Positions 39,714 through 49,234 of a stretch of DNA of 64,000 bases are shown piece by piece. Position 1 is the first letter of the stretch. Every line of letters begins with the position of its first letter. Source of the stretch: Bacteroidota bacterium (GTDB taxonomy: Bacteria; Bacteroidota; Bacteroidia; Flavobacteriales; BACL11); assembly GCA_028408365.1 (NCBI GenBank), contig JAOOLD010000002.1:80409-144408 (forward strand), given 5' to 3'. The notes beneath the pieces were generated by a model. The model had not been told where the DNA came from. It saw only the letters and a list, made by a program, of their open reading frames with translations, and did not search any database. A program made the position numbers and the translations under genes.

Positions 39714-40592
39714 ATGTATATGTTCCAGTCTGGATCAATTTTTTTTAAACTGCTTTCATTGCTTATTCTTATGCTAATATCAACGTCTTTTTGTTTACTA
39801 GTTTCAAATTTTTTTATTACCTCGTACTTTGACGTAAGTATGCAGAATTTGGATTTTTTTTTATCTGATTACAGCTCAAAAAAATCTATTCTAGCACTTA
39901 AAATTATACAAATAGCATCTGCATTTGGAATTTTTATACTTCCTGTTTTAATTTTTTTTAAAATTTATAAAATGAAGCTAATTTATGATTTGCCAAATTT
40001 AAAATTAATTTTTCTAAGCATTTTAATTATTTTTCTTGGAAATGGAATGGTTGATTTGCTATTTAAAATTAATCAGCTTTTTCCTTTGTCCGACTGGATG
40101 ATCTCATATGAGGAAAATGCTAAAATAATTACTCAGAAGTTCTTAATAATGAGTTCATTTAATGATTTATTACTTAACATTTTTGTTATTGCAATATTGC
40201 CAGCAGTTGGTGAGGAAATACTATTTAGAGGTCTCATACAAAATAGTTTAATAGAAAATAAGATTAATTATTCGTACTCAATAGTGATTACGGCAATTAT
40301 TTTTTCTGCTATACATATGCAATTTGCTGGATTTTTACCAAGACTTGGTTTAGGCATATTACTTGGCTATATTTATTTTGTAACAAAGAATATTTGGTAT
40401 CCTATTATATGTCATTTTTTTAATAATTTTTTAATTGTTTTTATAAGCTATTTATCACAGAACAATTTTTTACAAGTTCAACTTGATATTGACAACTATC
40501 AGCTAAATAATTTTACAGCTGTATTGTTTTTAGCATCTATGATTTATTTAATTTTTTATTTCAAGAAAGAAATTCAAAAAAAGGCTATTTAG
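39714..40592 (+). CDS. CPBP (CAAX protease-like) intramembrane metalloprotease
   Basis: GEEILFRG, FSAIH, HFFNN. Confidence 0.9.
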   Translation: MYMFQSGSIFFKLLSLLILMLISTSFCLLVSNFFITSYFDVSMQNLDFFLSDYSSKKSILALKIIQIASAFGIFILPVLIFFKIYKMKLIYDLPNLKLIFLSILIIFLGNGMVDLLFKINQLFPLSDWMISYEENAKIITQKFLIMSSFNDLLLNIFVIAILPAVGEEILFRGLIQNSLIENKINYSYSIVITAIIFSAIHMQFAGFLPRLGLGILLGYIYFVTKNIWYPIICHFFNNFLIVFISYLSQNNFLQVQLDIDNYQLNNFTAVLFLASMIYLIFYFKKEIQKKAI

Positions 40593-41056
40593 TAAGTACC
40601 CTTTCTTGTCGAATAATTTATTTTCAAAGAATTAGCTTTACGCAGCTCTTGCTTAATGTCAGTTATAATACCCATTTTGACACTTTCATCAGATTTGATT
40701 GAAGTAGTCATGTAAGGAATTTCTTTTTCGTCTTTTGCTTCTCTTTCGGATGCAATGAATTCTTGAATTTCATTTAATGTTGCAAAAGAATCATTAAGCT
40801 GAATTCTTGGTTTTGATCCAAATGACGCCTGCATTCTTTTTACTGGTGGTCCAACGTATATATAACTTACTAAAGATTTTTTCTCCATTTTCTTTATTTC
40901 AGTTGCTTTTGGAATCATTACTTCAACAAAAAGAGTTGTTTCTCTCATCACAGTAGTTACCATAAAGAAAAAAAGCAACATAAAAACTATGTCCGGTAAT
41001 GCTGCAGTTGAAATAGCTGGGGTTCCTTTATTATCTTTGTTTCTAAACTTTGACAT
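40589..41056 (-). CDS. exbD: ExbD/TolR-family protein
   Basis: TAALPDIVFMLLFFFMV. Confidence 0.88.
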   Translation of the reverse strand: MSKFRNKDNKGTPAISTAALPDIVFMLLFFFMVTTVMRETTLFVEVMIPKATEIKKMEKKSLVSYIYVGPPVKRMQASFGSKPRIQLNDSFATLNEIQEFIASEREAKDEKEIPYMTTSIKSDESVKMGIITDIKQELRKANSLKINYSTRKGTY

Positions 41057-41057
41057 A

Positions 41058-41600
41058 TCAGCTTCCTATATTTTTTGGTTCTGCTTCAGAAATTTTTTGA
41101 GGATATTCTTTTCTTATTTCTTTTTGTTTTGATTTGTTTAAATCAATGTATCTATCTCCAAATCTTTCCAAAGCGACTTCATTTCTAATTTCATTGTAAG
41201 CTGCTGCTAATTCATTCTGAACTCTTACATACATTTTGTAAGAGGTCCCTCTGTCATTTTGAAGTGAGATTATGGCTTTTTCTGGATTGTCTGATAGAGT
41301 AGGATTTGCACCGTTATTATTGATAAATTTTTTAGCTCCTTCTTTAAGTTGATTTATATTCATGGGCTCTCCTTCAACTAAAAGATTATCTCCAGCATTT
41401 ACCAACACAACATATATATTTCTTGCATGAATTTCAGGCGGAGTTTCTTGTTCTTCTTCAGGAATTGGAGGTAGTTTTCTAGCTATTCCAGTGTCAACAT
41501 CCATTGTGGTTGTTACAAGAAAAAATATTAGTAGTAAAAAAGCAATATCCGCCATTGAACCAGCATTGATTTCCTGTAATCCTCTTTTTTTTCTAGCCAT
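41058..41600 (-). CDS. exbD: ExbD/TolR-family protein
   Basis: INAGSMADIAFLLLIFFLVTT. Confidence 0.88.
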   Translation of the reverse strand: MARKKRGLQEINAGSMADIAFLLLIFFLVTTTMDVDTGIARKLPPIPEEEQETPPEIHARNIYVVLVNAGDNLLVEGEPMNINQLKEGAKKFINNNGANPTLSDNPEKAIISLQNDRGTSYKMYVRVQNELAAAYNEIRNEVALERFGDRYIDLNKSKQKEIRKEYPQKISEAEPKNIGS

Positions 41601-41930
41601 TTATTTTTTAAATGCTTTGGTAAATTCTGAGTAGATTACTCCAATTATTGCGATAGTAGTTAAAATATAAAATGTGTATAAGCCCATTCCAACTCTTTTT
41701 GATGATGAAGAGCTTATTTCATATTTTTCATATGATGGTAAAACAGTATCAGAGGCTAGCACAAATGATAAAATGACAACAGTAATAAATGCACTTATTC
41801 CGATGAGGGTTTTTTTAGAGTTACCGCTTCTGGAAAAAAGTTTTAGAAAACCAAAAGATATAGCAATAAGTGCACCAATAGCAATTAGAGCGTAAGTTAA
41901 AAGAATACCAATATTTACTATGCTGACCAT
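41601..41930 (-). CDS. Small three-TM membrane protein within the exbB-exbD operon
   Basis: Hydrophobic 109-aa ORF abutting exbB and exbD. Confidence 0.8.
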   Translation of the reverse strand: MVSIVNIGILLTYALIAIGALIAISFGFLKLFSRSGNSKKTLIGISAFITVVILSFVLASDTVLPSYEKYEISSSSSKRVGMGLYTFYILTTIAIIGVIYSEFTKAFKK

Positions 41931-41934
41931 TACT

Positions 41935-42735
41935 TTATTTTTTTGACAATAAATCTACTAACTTGATTGAGGCATCTTCCATGTCATTTACTAGATTGTC
42001 AATCTTGGATACTAAATAGTTGTAGAAAATCTGCAAAATGATTGCTACTATAAGTCCAAATACAGTTGTTAAAAGAGCAACTTTTATTCCTCCAGCAACA
42101 AGTGATGGAGAAATATCTCCAGCAGCCTCAATGGCATCAAATGCACCAATCATACCAATAACCGTACCCATAAATCCAAGCATAGGTGCAAGTGCAATGA
42201 ATAAAGAAATCCAAGATAAACCTCTTTCTAATAACCCCATCTGAACAGACCCGTATGAAACAACAGATTTTTCAACCATTTCAATACCTTCGTTAGATCT
42301 TTCAAGACCTTGATAGAATATTGAGGCTACAGGCCCTTTGGTATTTCTACAAATCGTCTTAGCATCTTCAACACCGCCGCTTGATAATGCTGATTCAACA
42401 TCATTAACAAGTTTTTCAGTATTCTGCGATGCGAGATTTAAATATATAATTCTCTCTATTGATAGCGCTAAGCCTAAGATTAAACACAATAAGACAATCC
42501 CCATAAAACCAGGACCCCCTTCTATAAATTTTTCTTTTATAACTTGATGGAAACTTTTACTTTCATCAACTTCTGGTTCTTGCATAACCTCAACAACTTC
42601 TTCTGTTGCTGAATCAGCAGACATTATAGTATCTGTGTTTGCCATATTAGAGTCATAGCTATCTTGAGCAAACATGATGCTAGAGAAACATAAAACTGCA
42701 AATAGTATTGAAATTAATTTAAATCTTTTTTTCAT
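41935..42735 (-). CDS. exbB: MotA/TolQ/ExbB proton channel protein
   Basis: APMLGFMGTVIGM, GIKVALLTTVFGL; signal peptide followed by an acidic extension. Confidence 0.9.
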   Translation of the reverse strand: MKKRFKLISILFAVLCFSSIMFAQDSYDSNMANTDTIMSADSATEEVVEVMQEPEVDESKSFHQVIKEKFIEGGPGFMGIVLLCLILGLALSIERIIYLNLASQNTEKLVNDVESALSSGGVEDAKTICRNTKGPVASIFYQGLERSNEGIEMVEKSVVSYGSVQMGLLERGLSWISLFIALAPMLGFMGTVIGMIGAFDAIEAAGDISPSLVAGGIKVALLTTVFGLIVAIILQIFYNYLVSKIDNLVNDMEDASIKLVDLLSKK

Positions 42736-42775
42736 TGTGTTGTATTTTTATAGGTGGAACAAATTTAAAAAAATA

Positions 42776-43468
42776 TTATAATGACACTAAGTATCTTCTA
42801 TTGACTTCGTCCCAGTTTATAATATTAAAAAATGCGTTTATATAATCAGGTCGTCTGTTTTGATAATTTAAATAATATGCATGCTCCCAGACATCGATTC
42901 CTAAAATCGGAGTCCCTCCGCAACCATTTTCCATTATAGGATTATCTTGATTTGCAGTAGAGCAGGTATTTAATTTACCGTTGTTCACACAAAGCCATGC
43001 CCAGCCAGAACCAAATTGAGTTGCTGCAGCTTTCGAAAAAGTATCCTTAAAATTATCGAAACTTCCGAAACTTTCAACTATTGCATTTCCTACTTCATTA
43101 TTTGGTATTCCACCTCCATTAGGGGTTATAATTTCCCAAAACAAACAGTGATTGTAAAATCCTCCTCCATTATTTCTAACAGCACTTGACAGGTTTTTTG
43201 ATTTCAGTATTTCTTCAATAGACTTACCTGCAAGTTCAGTGCCTTCTATTGCTGCATTTAGCTTCGTAGTATAACCATTGTGATGTTTACTATGGTGAAT
43301 CTCCATTGTTTTAGCATCAATATGAGGCTCTAATTCGTTGTATGAGTATTTTAGTTGTGGTAATTCAAATGCCATATTTTTTCTTTTAAAATTAAACAAT
43401 CTTGGAACAAAAGCTAAAGTTGCAATACCCAAAGTAAAATATGCTAGAAACTTTCTTCTTGTGCTCAC
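42776..43468 (-). CDS. sodA: Fe/Mn superoxide dismutase with a possible Tat-type N-terminal extension (alternative start ATG 43375)
   Basis: [28 protein letters not shown]; upstream extension MSTRRKFL. The metal type is not established. Confidence 0.9.
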   Translation of the reverse strand: MSTRRKFLAYFTLGIATLAFVPRLFNFKRKNMAFELPQLKYSYNELEPHIDAKTMEIHHSKHHNGYTTKLNAAIEGTELAGKSIEEILKSKNLSSAVRNNGGGFYNHCLFWEIITPNGGGIPNNEVGNAIVESFGSFDNFKDTFSKAAATQFGSGWAWLCVNNGKLNTCSTANQDNPIMENGCGGTPILGIDVWEHAYYLNYQNRRPDYINAFFNIINWDEVNRRYLVSL

Positions 43469-43472
43469 TAGG

Positions 43473-43480
43473 CAAAAGTA
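43473..43480 (-). promoter_or_regulatory. -7 box TACTTTTG, 4 nt before the SOD GTG
   Basis: TACTTTTG-ccta-GTG on the minus strand. Confidence 0.65.
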
Positions 43481-43484
43481 ATAA

Positions 43485-44285
43485 TTATTTTTCTTGAAAG
43501 AAGCCTTCGCTTACTAAAAATTCTTTTTGATTATTCTGTATATTATTCTTTATGTTTTCTTTATTTCTAAGATTTTTGTAAACTAACTTACAGCAATTTA
43601 TTAAGGCTTCTTTGTTATATTTTATTTCTAAAAAATTAAAAGCTTCTGCTAATATTTCTTTTGGGTTAAGAGTAAGGTTAGAGTAATTTATTAAAAAAAA
43701 ATCTTTATTGGATTCATTAAAAAATTTATTAATTGCGATATAAGATAATCTCCATTCAAGAAGTCCTTTATTAAAATCAGTTTTTAAAAAATCTTTAGTT
43801 TCAATGTTATTTCTCTTTGCATATTCAATTAACAACCTTAGCTTGTTGTCATTGATGCCATACCAATTCCCCTTTCCAATTTTTTCTTCAATTGATGCTG
43901 CAACTTCAAGGGGATTTCTTTTAATGACAATAAATTTTGCTTCAGGAAAGGCTTTACTAATAAAATTTAATCTAAAACAGTTTACAGGAAGTTTTTCAAG
44001 AATATTATTTTTCTTGTTTCTTTCAGCTTCCTTAAAAAAAACACTTCTAATCTTTTCATTTTTTTTTGTGTTGTATTCACTATTCTTGAAATCAAGAACA
44101 GAGTTGATATTGTCCCAAATGTTCAATTCAGGAAAGACCTTATGCCAAAGATCGCGCCTTTCGTTTAAAACATGTGTATTGGAGCATGAGCCAATAAGCC
44201 TGGAAAGTAGTGTTGTTCCAGATCTACCACATCCAACAAGAAAAACAATATTTTCTGGTTTTTTTCTGCTAAATAAATTAATCAT
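43485..44285 (-). CDS. PAPS-dependent sulfotransferase family protein
   Basis: [10 protein letters not shown] (5'-PSB loop), [15 protein letters not shown] (3'-PB motif). Confidence 0.85.
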   Translation of the reverse strand: MINLFSRKKPENIVFLVGCGRSGTTLLSRLIGSCSNTHVLNERRDLWHKVFPELNIWDNINSVLDFKNSEYNTKKNEKIRSVFFKEAERNKKNNILEKLPVNCFRLNFISKAFPEAKFIVIKRNPLEVAASIEEKIGKGNWYGINDNKLRLLIEYAKRNNIETKDFLKTDFNKGLLEWRLSYIAINKFFNESNKDFFLINYSNLTLNPKEILAEAFNFLEIKYNKEALINCCKLVYKNLRNKENIKNNIQNNQKEFLVSEGFFQEK

Positions 44286-45123
44286 GAATTAAGTATTGCC
44301 ACGCTAAATCAACTTGATTCATATTTATTAATTTCTTAGCTTTTTCATGCACTAGAAGTGGTGTTTGATTACAAACAAAATCAGGATCTTTTTTTGGAAT
44401 ATCTTCATAGCTTGCTAAAATTGCTAATTCATTTCCTGAAAGGACAGAGCTAGTTCTTATTTTTTTTGGAAGTTTATCAAACCCCATCCCAATTTTTGCT
44501 TTCGGCTTTGGGATTTCAAAAATTGAATCTTCAGTTGTCTTGCCATAAAAATTACCACCATGTCTTGAAACAGCATCTAATTTTTTTGGATCAATTTCGA
44601 AATTGTGATTCACAATTTTCTCATTAACATGAAATTTTAAAACTTCACACAACACAAGATTACCTGAACTGGATTTTTCCCCTAGGGGAATTACTTTAAC
44701 TAATCTACATTCCATATTGATATTGGATTCTCCAATAAGACTAGCATTTACTAAGTCAGCTTTAACCTCGGTTAAGCCTGCTTTTTCAAATTCATTAACA
44801 CCACTTGGATATTCACAGCTAGCTAAGGAAATTTGTTGTACTATTTTTGTATTAACAATTCCAATAACACATTCTTTTGTTTCAATGATATTGCTAAGAG
44901 TATCTTTTTGATCTTTGCTTTTTGGCTTTCCCGTTGGAGAGAAAACAACTACTGGGGGATCAACACTAAATGCGTTAAAAAAACTGTATGGACTCAAGTT
45001 TGATATACCCATTCTATTCTTTGTACTCACAAAAGCAATGGGTCTTGGAGTAATTGCAGCTGCTAAAATTTTATATATGTCAACATTTTGATTCTTTTTA
45101 ATGTCTATACTTACTCTTTTCAT
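44278..45123 (-). CDS. Flavin reductase-like FMN-binding protein
   Basis: ITPRPIAFVST, NLSPYSFFN, KDTLSNI, MECRL. Confidence 0.88.
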   Translation of the reverse strand: MKRVSIDIKKNQNVDIYKILAAAITPRPIAFVSTKNRMGISNLSPYSFFNAFSVDPPVVVFSPTGKPKSKDQKDTLSNIIETKECVIGIVNTKIVQQISLASCEYPSGVNEFEKAGLTEVKADLVNASLIGESNINMECRLVKVIPLGEKSSSGNLVLCEVLKFHVNEKIVNHNFEIDPKKLDAVSRHGGNFYGKTTEDSIFEIPKPKAKIGMGFDKLPKKIRTSSVLSGNELAILASYEDIPKKDPDFVCNQTPLLVHEKAKKLINMNQVDLAWQYLIHD

Positions 45124-46034
45124 TTGTGAAGCACAATTTTGTTAGTTAATGTTCCAATTTTTTCAATACTCATTTCAACAATATCATTTTCTTTGAGCCA
45201 AGTCTCTTTATATTCTGTGTTTTTTCTTTTTTCAGTTCCATTGATTTCTAGCAAACATCCCTTACCTACTGTACCTGATCCAATTACATCACCAGGAAAT
45301 ATTTTAGTTCCATATGAAACTCGCTCAATAATTTCTTCAAAGGACCAGTGCATAGTCTTAAGATTTCCAATTGAATAAAGCTTATTATTAATTTTACATT
45401 TCATTTCTAAGTCAATTTTACCATTAGAAATTTCATTTTCATAAATTTCATCTCTTGTTACAACAAAAGGACCAAAAATATTAGCAAAGTCTTTTCCCTT
45501 AGCAGGACCTAAGTTAAGCTTCATTTCACTTGATTGGATTTTTCTAGCGCTCATATCATTGTAGATTGTAAATCCACCAATAAACTCTCTTGCTTTTTCA
45601 GCCTTAATATTTTTACCCTCTTTGCATATTATAATTGCAATTTCAAGTTCATAATCAAGTTTATTTAAATGTTCTGGCATACACTCAACTTCATCTAAGT
45701 GACCTAAAATTGAATTGTGATTTGAGAAGTAAAAAACAGGAAATTCATCAAACTCCTTTATCATTTCAGCATCCCTGTTTCTTCTACAAGTTTCAACATG
45801 TTCTTTGAAAGCATAGGCATCTCTTAAGCTATTTATTTTTGAAAATGGAGCTAATATTTTAACATCTTCTAATTTTATAATTTCTTTCTTTTTTTTATCC
45901 TCTAAATTATGAGTGTGGCTCTTTTGTAAAAAAGAAATGATATTATCGGATTCGTCACTCAAGTCATAAATTCCATCATTAATAACCTGACCAAAAGATA
46001 TTTGGTTTTTATATAAATAACGTGCAAGCTTCAC
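45120..46034 (-). CDS. Fumarylacetoacetate hydrolase family protein
   Basis: LRDAYAFKEH, FYFSNH, LDYELE, NDMSAR, GPAKGKDF, PGDVIGSGT; divergent from hmgA-hppD. Confidence 0.88.
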   Translation of the reverse strand: MKLARYLYKNQISFGQVINDGIYDLSDESDNIISFLQKSHTHNLEDKKKKEIIKLEDVKILAPFSKINSLRDAYAFKEHVETCRRNRDAEMIKEFDEFPVFYFSNHNSILGHLDEVECMPEHLNKLDYELEIAIIICKEGKNIKAEKAREFIGGFTIYNDMSARKIQSSEMKLNLGPAKGKDFANIFGPFVVTRDEIYENEISNGKIDLEMKCKINNKLYSIGNLKTMHWSFEEIIERVSYGTKIFPGDVIGSGTVGKGCLLEINGTEKRKNTEYKETWLKENDIVEMSIEKIGTLTNKIVLHK

Positions 46035-46039
46035 TCTTA

Positions 46040-46047
46040 CAAAAGTA
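46040..46047 (-). promoter_or_regulatory. -7 box TACTTTTG, 5 nt before the FAH GTG
   Basis: TACTTTTG-taaga-GTG on the minus strand. Confidence 0.6.
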
Positions 46048-46115
46048 TTAAAACTAGGTTAATAATGACTTTCATACTATTAAAAAAAATAGTAATTTGC
46101 ATAAAATATTTTGTA

Positions 46116-47273
46116 ATGCCAAGATATCATAAATTAGGAAAGATTCCTCATAAAAGACATACTACATTTAAAAAAGAAAGCGGAGGATACCATTACGAAG
46201 AGCTTTTTGGAACAATTGGCTTTGATGGTATGTCTACGCTTTTATATCATTTACACAGACCAACACAGGTCAAAGATATAATTAAGTCTTATTCAGTTAA
46301 GCCTAAAGTTGCTATTGAGAAGAATATGAAAGCATATTTGCTCGATGCATTTAAAGCTCCCAAAATTGCAGATTTAATTGAAAGTCGACTTTCAATTTTA
46401 GTAAATAACGATCTTAATATCATGCTATCTGCGCCCACAAATAAATCAGAAGATTATTTTTATAAAAACACAGATGGAGATGAAATCATTTTCGTACACA
46501 AAGGAACAGGAACATTAAGAACTTTTATTGGAAACATTCATTTTAAGGAAGGAGATTATTTAGTAATACCTAGAGGAACAATTTACAAGATAAATTTTGA
46601 TACAAATGAAAATAGACACTTTATTGTTGAGTCTTATAATCCCGTTTACACCCCAAAAAGATATAGAAATTATTTTGGCCAATTGTTAGAGCATTCTCCG
46701 TATTGTGAAAGAGACTTAAGATTTCCAGAGGAATTAGAAACACATGATAAAATTGGTGATCATTTAATTAAACTAAAGAAAGAGCACATGATTCATGAAT
46801 ATGTTTATGCAGCTCATCCATTTGGTGTTGTTGGATGTGATGGATACAATTTTCCATATGCCTTCTCTATACATGATTTTGAGCCCATTACTGGAAGAGT
46901 ACATCAGCCGCCACCAGTTCATCAAACTTTTGAGACTAGTAGATTTGTCTTGTGTTCCTTTTGCCCTAGACTCTATGACTACCATCCCGAGGCTATACCT
47001 GCACCATATAATCACTCAAATATTGATTCTGATGAAGTGCTTTATTATGTTGATGGAGATTTTATGAGTAGAAATCATGTTAATCAAGGATACATTTCAC
47101 TTCATCCTGCAGGAATACCGCATGGTCCCCATCCAGGAGCAATGGAAAGGAGTATTGGAAAAAAGAAAACAGATGAGCTTGCTGTAATGGTAGATACTTT
47201 TGCCCCTTTACAACTAACACAGCTTGCCATTGATCTTTCAGATGGAAAATATCATAAGTCTTGGGTAGAATAA
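46116..47273 (+). CDS. hmgA: Homogentisate 1,2-dioxygenase
   Basis: Start at ATG 46116 (MPRYHKLGKIPHKRH), HQPPPVH, PYNHSNIDSDE, HGPHPG. Confidence 0.93.
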   Translation: MPRYHKLGKIPHKRHTTFKKESGGYHYEELFGTIGFDGMSTLLYHLHRPTQVKDIIKSYSVKPKVAIEKNMKAYLLDAFKAPKIADLIESRLSILVNNDLNIMLSAPTNKSEDYFYKNTDGDEIIFVHKGTGTLRTFIGNIHFKEGDYLVIPRGTIYKINFDTNENRHFIVESYNPVYTPKRYRNYFGQLLEHSPYCERDLRFPEELETHDKIGDHLIKLKKEHMIHEYVYAAHPFGVVGCDGYNFPYAFSIHDFEPITGRVHQPPPVHQTFETSRFVLCSFCPRLYDYHPEAIPAPYNHSNIDSDEVLYYVDGDFMSRNHVNQGYISLHPAGIPHGPHPGAMERSIGKKKTDELAVMVDTFAPLQLTQLAIDLSDGKYHKSWVE

Positions 47274-47283
47274 ATTAATATTT

Positions 47284-48417
47284 ATGAAACTAGAGAAAAT
47301 ATTTAAAGAAGCTAAAGATTTTCTTCCATTGCTTGGAACAGACTATGTTGAGTTTTATGTCGGTAATGCAAAGCAAGCAGCTCATTTTTATAAATCAGCA
47401 TTTGGTTTTCAATCTTACGCATATAAAGGGCTTGAGACAAACAGTACGGATTGTGTTTCATACGTTCTCGTACAAGATAAGATTAAGATTGTTCTTACAT
47501 CTCCGCTCAGCTCTAGTTCATCAATCAATGATCATATTGTGAAGCACGGTGATGGAATTAAGATTATTGCTCTTTGGGTTGAAGATGCTGAAAAATCATG
47601 GAAAGAAACAACTTCAAGAGGTGCAAAATCTTATATGCAACCAACATTGGAAAAAGATGAGCACGGCGAAGTTGTACGATCTGGAATTTATACATACGGC
47701 GAAACAGTTCATATTTTCGTTGAGAGAAAAAATTATAAAGGAGTTTTTCTACCTGGATTCCAAAAGTGGTCATCATCTTATGAAACTGAACCCACTGGTC
47801 TCAAGTACATTGATCACATGGTGGGAAATGTAGGGTGGAACGAAATGAATAAGTGGGTTAAGTTTTATGAAGATGTCATGGGGTTTGTAAACTTTTTATC
47901 TTTTGACGATAAACAAATAAATACCGAGTATTCAGCACTTATGAGCAAAGTAATGAGTAATGGAAACGGAAGAATTAAATTCCCAATAAATGAGCCTGCG
48001 GAAGGTAAGAAGAAGTCACAAATTGAGGAGTATTTAGATTTTTATGAAGGGCCTGGCGTCCAACATATTGCCGTAGCAACTGATGATATAATATCTACAG
48101 TGACTAAGCTAAGATCTCGAGGAATTGAGTTCCTATCTACACCACCAGATGAATACTATAAAGCTGTTCCATTCAGGCTTGAAGAGCACAATCATGAACT
48201 AAAAGAGGATATAGAAACTCTTAAAGGACTTGGAATACTAATTGATGCAGATGAAGAGGGGTACTTATTACAAATCTTCACAAAACCTCTTCAGGACCGC
48301 CCAACGTTATTTTTTGAAATAATCCAAAGAGTAGGTGCTAGAGGTTTTGGTGCTGGAAATTTCAAGGCTTTATTTGAATCAATTGAAAGAGAACAAGCAA
48401 AAAGAGGAACATTATAA
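47284..48417 (+). CDS. hppD: 4-hydroxyphenylpyruvate dioxygenase
   Basis: IDHMVGN, KFPINEP, GVQHIA, LLQIFTKP, FFEIIQR, GFGAGNFKALF. Confidence 0.97.
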   Translation: MKLEKIFKEAKDFLPLLGTDYVEFYVGNAKQAAHFYKSAFGFQSYAYKGLETNSTDCVSYVLVQDKIKIVLTSPLSSSSSINDHIVKHGDGIKIIALWVEDAEKSWKETTSRGAKSYMQPTLEKDEHGEVVRSGIYTYGETVHIFVERKNYKGVFLPGFQKWSSSYETEPTGLKYIDHMVGNVGWNEMNKWVKFYEDVMGFVNFLSFDDKQINTEYSALMSKVMSNGNGRIKFPINEPAEGKKKSQIEEYLDFYEGPGVQHIAVATDDIISTVTKLRSRGIEFLSTPPDEYYKAVPFRLEEHNHELKEDIETLKGLGILIDADEEGYLLQIFTKPLQDRPTLFFEIIQRVGARGFGAGNFKALFESIEREQAKRGTL

Positions 48418-48427
48418 ATAATAAATT

Positions 48428-48877
48428 ATGTCAAAATTAAAAATAGGAGATCAAGCTCCAAAAATAAAAGCTATTGATCAAAATGGGTCTACGATCACAC
48501 TAGATCAATATAGAGGTAAAAAGGTAGTTTTATATTTTTATCCAAAAGATATGACTTCGGGCTGCACTGCACAAGCATGTAATTTGTCTGATAATTATTC
48601 TGATTTAATTAGCAAAGGATATGATGTTATAGGAGTTTCATGCGATAGCGTGAAAAGACATCAAAAGTTTATTGAAAAATATAATCTTCCATTTAATCTT
48701 ATTTCTGATGAAGATAAGAAAGTAGTAAATGATTATGGAGTATGGCAATTAAAAAAGTTCATGGGCAGAGAGTATATGGGGATAGTGAGGACAACATTTA
48801 TAATTGATGAAAACGGTAAAATCGAAGATGTTATTTCTAAAGTAAATACGAAAGAACATTATTCTCAAATTTCGTAA
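48428..48877 (+). CDS. bcp: Thioredoxin-dependent peroxiredoxin BCP
   Basis: LYFYPKDMTSGCTAQAC, RTTFIIDE. Confidence 0.93.
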   Translation: MSKLKIGDQAPKIKAIDQNGSTITLDQYRGKKVVLYFYPKDMTSGCTAQACNLSDNYSDLISKGYDVIGVSCDSVKRHQKFIEKYNLPFNLISDEDKKVVNDYGVWQLKKFMGREYMGIVRTTFIIDENGKIEDVISKVNTKEHYSQIS

Positions 48878-48886
48878 ATTTTAAAT

Positions 48887-49222
48887 ATGAGAAAATTTAA
48901 TCTATTTTTAATTTTTGTAAGTATCATCTCAATAGATGCGTTTTCAGCAGAAAAAGTAAAAGAAAAGTTCAAAATTTATGGCAATTGTGGGATGTGTAAT
49001 GAAGTCATAACAAAAGCAGCTAAATCAGTTGATGGTGTAATCTATTTAAAATGGAATAGTAAAACCAAAATTGCAAAAATCAAATATGATTCTGATAAGA
49101 CTAGCTTAGATGAGGTTCAGAAAAAAATAGCCTCTGTTGGATATGATACAGAGAAATACAAAGCTGATGATGAAGTATACAACAGCTTACATTACTGCTG
49201 TAAATATGATCGTGAAAACTAA
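48887..49222 (+). CDS. Exported heavy-metal-associated (HMA) domain protein
   Basis: Signal peptide, GNCGMC, VGYDTE, LHYCCKY. Confidence 0.88.
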   Translation: MRKFNLFLIFVSIISIDAFSAEKVKEKFKIYGNCGMCNEVITKAAKSVDGVIYLKWNSKTKIAKIKYDSDKTSLDEVQKKIASVGYDTEKYKADDEVYNSLHYCCKYDREN

Positions 49223-49234
49223 AAAAATTATTAC

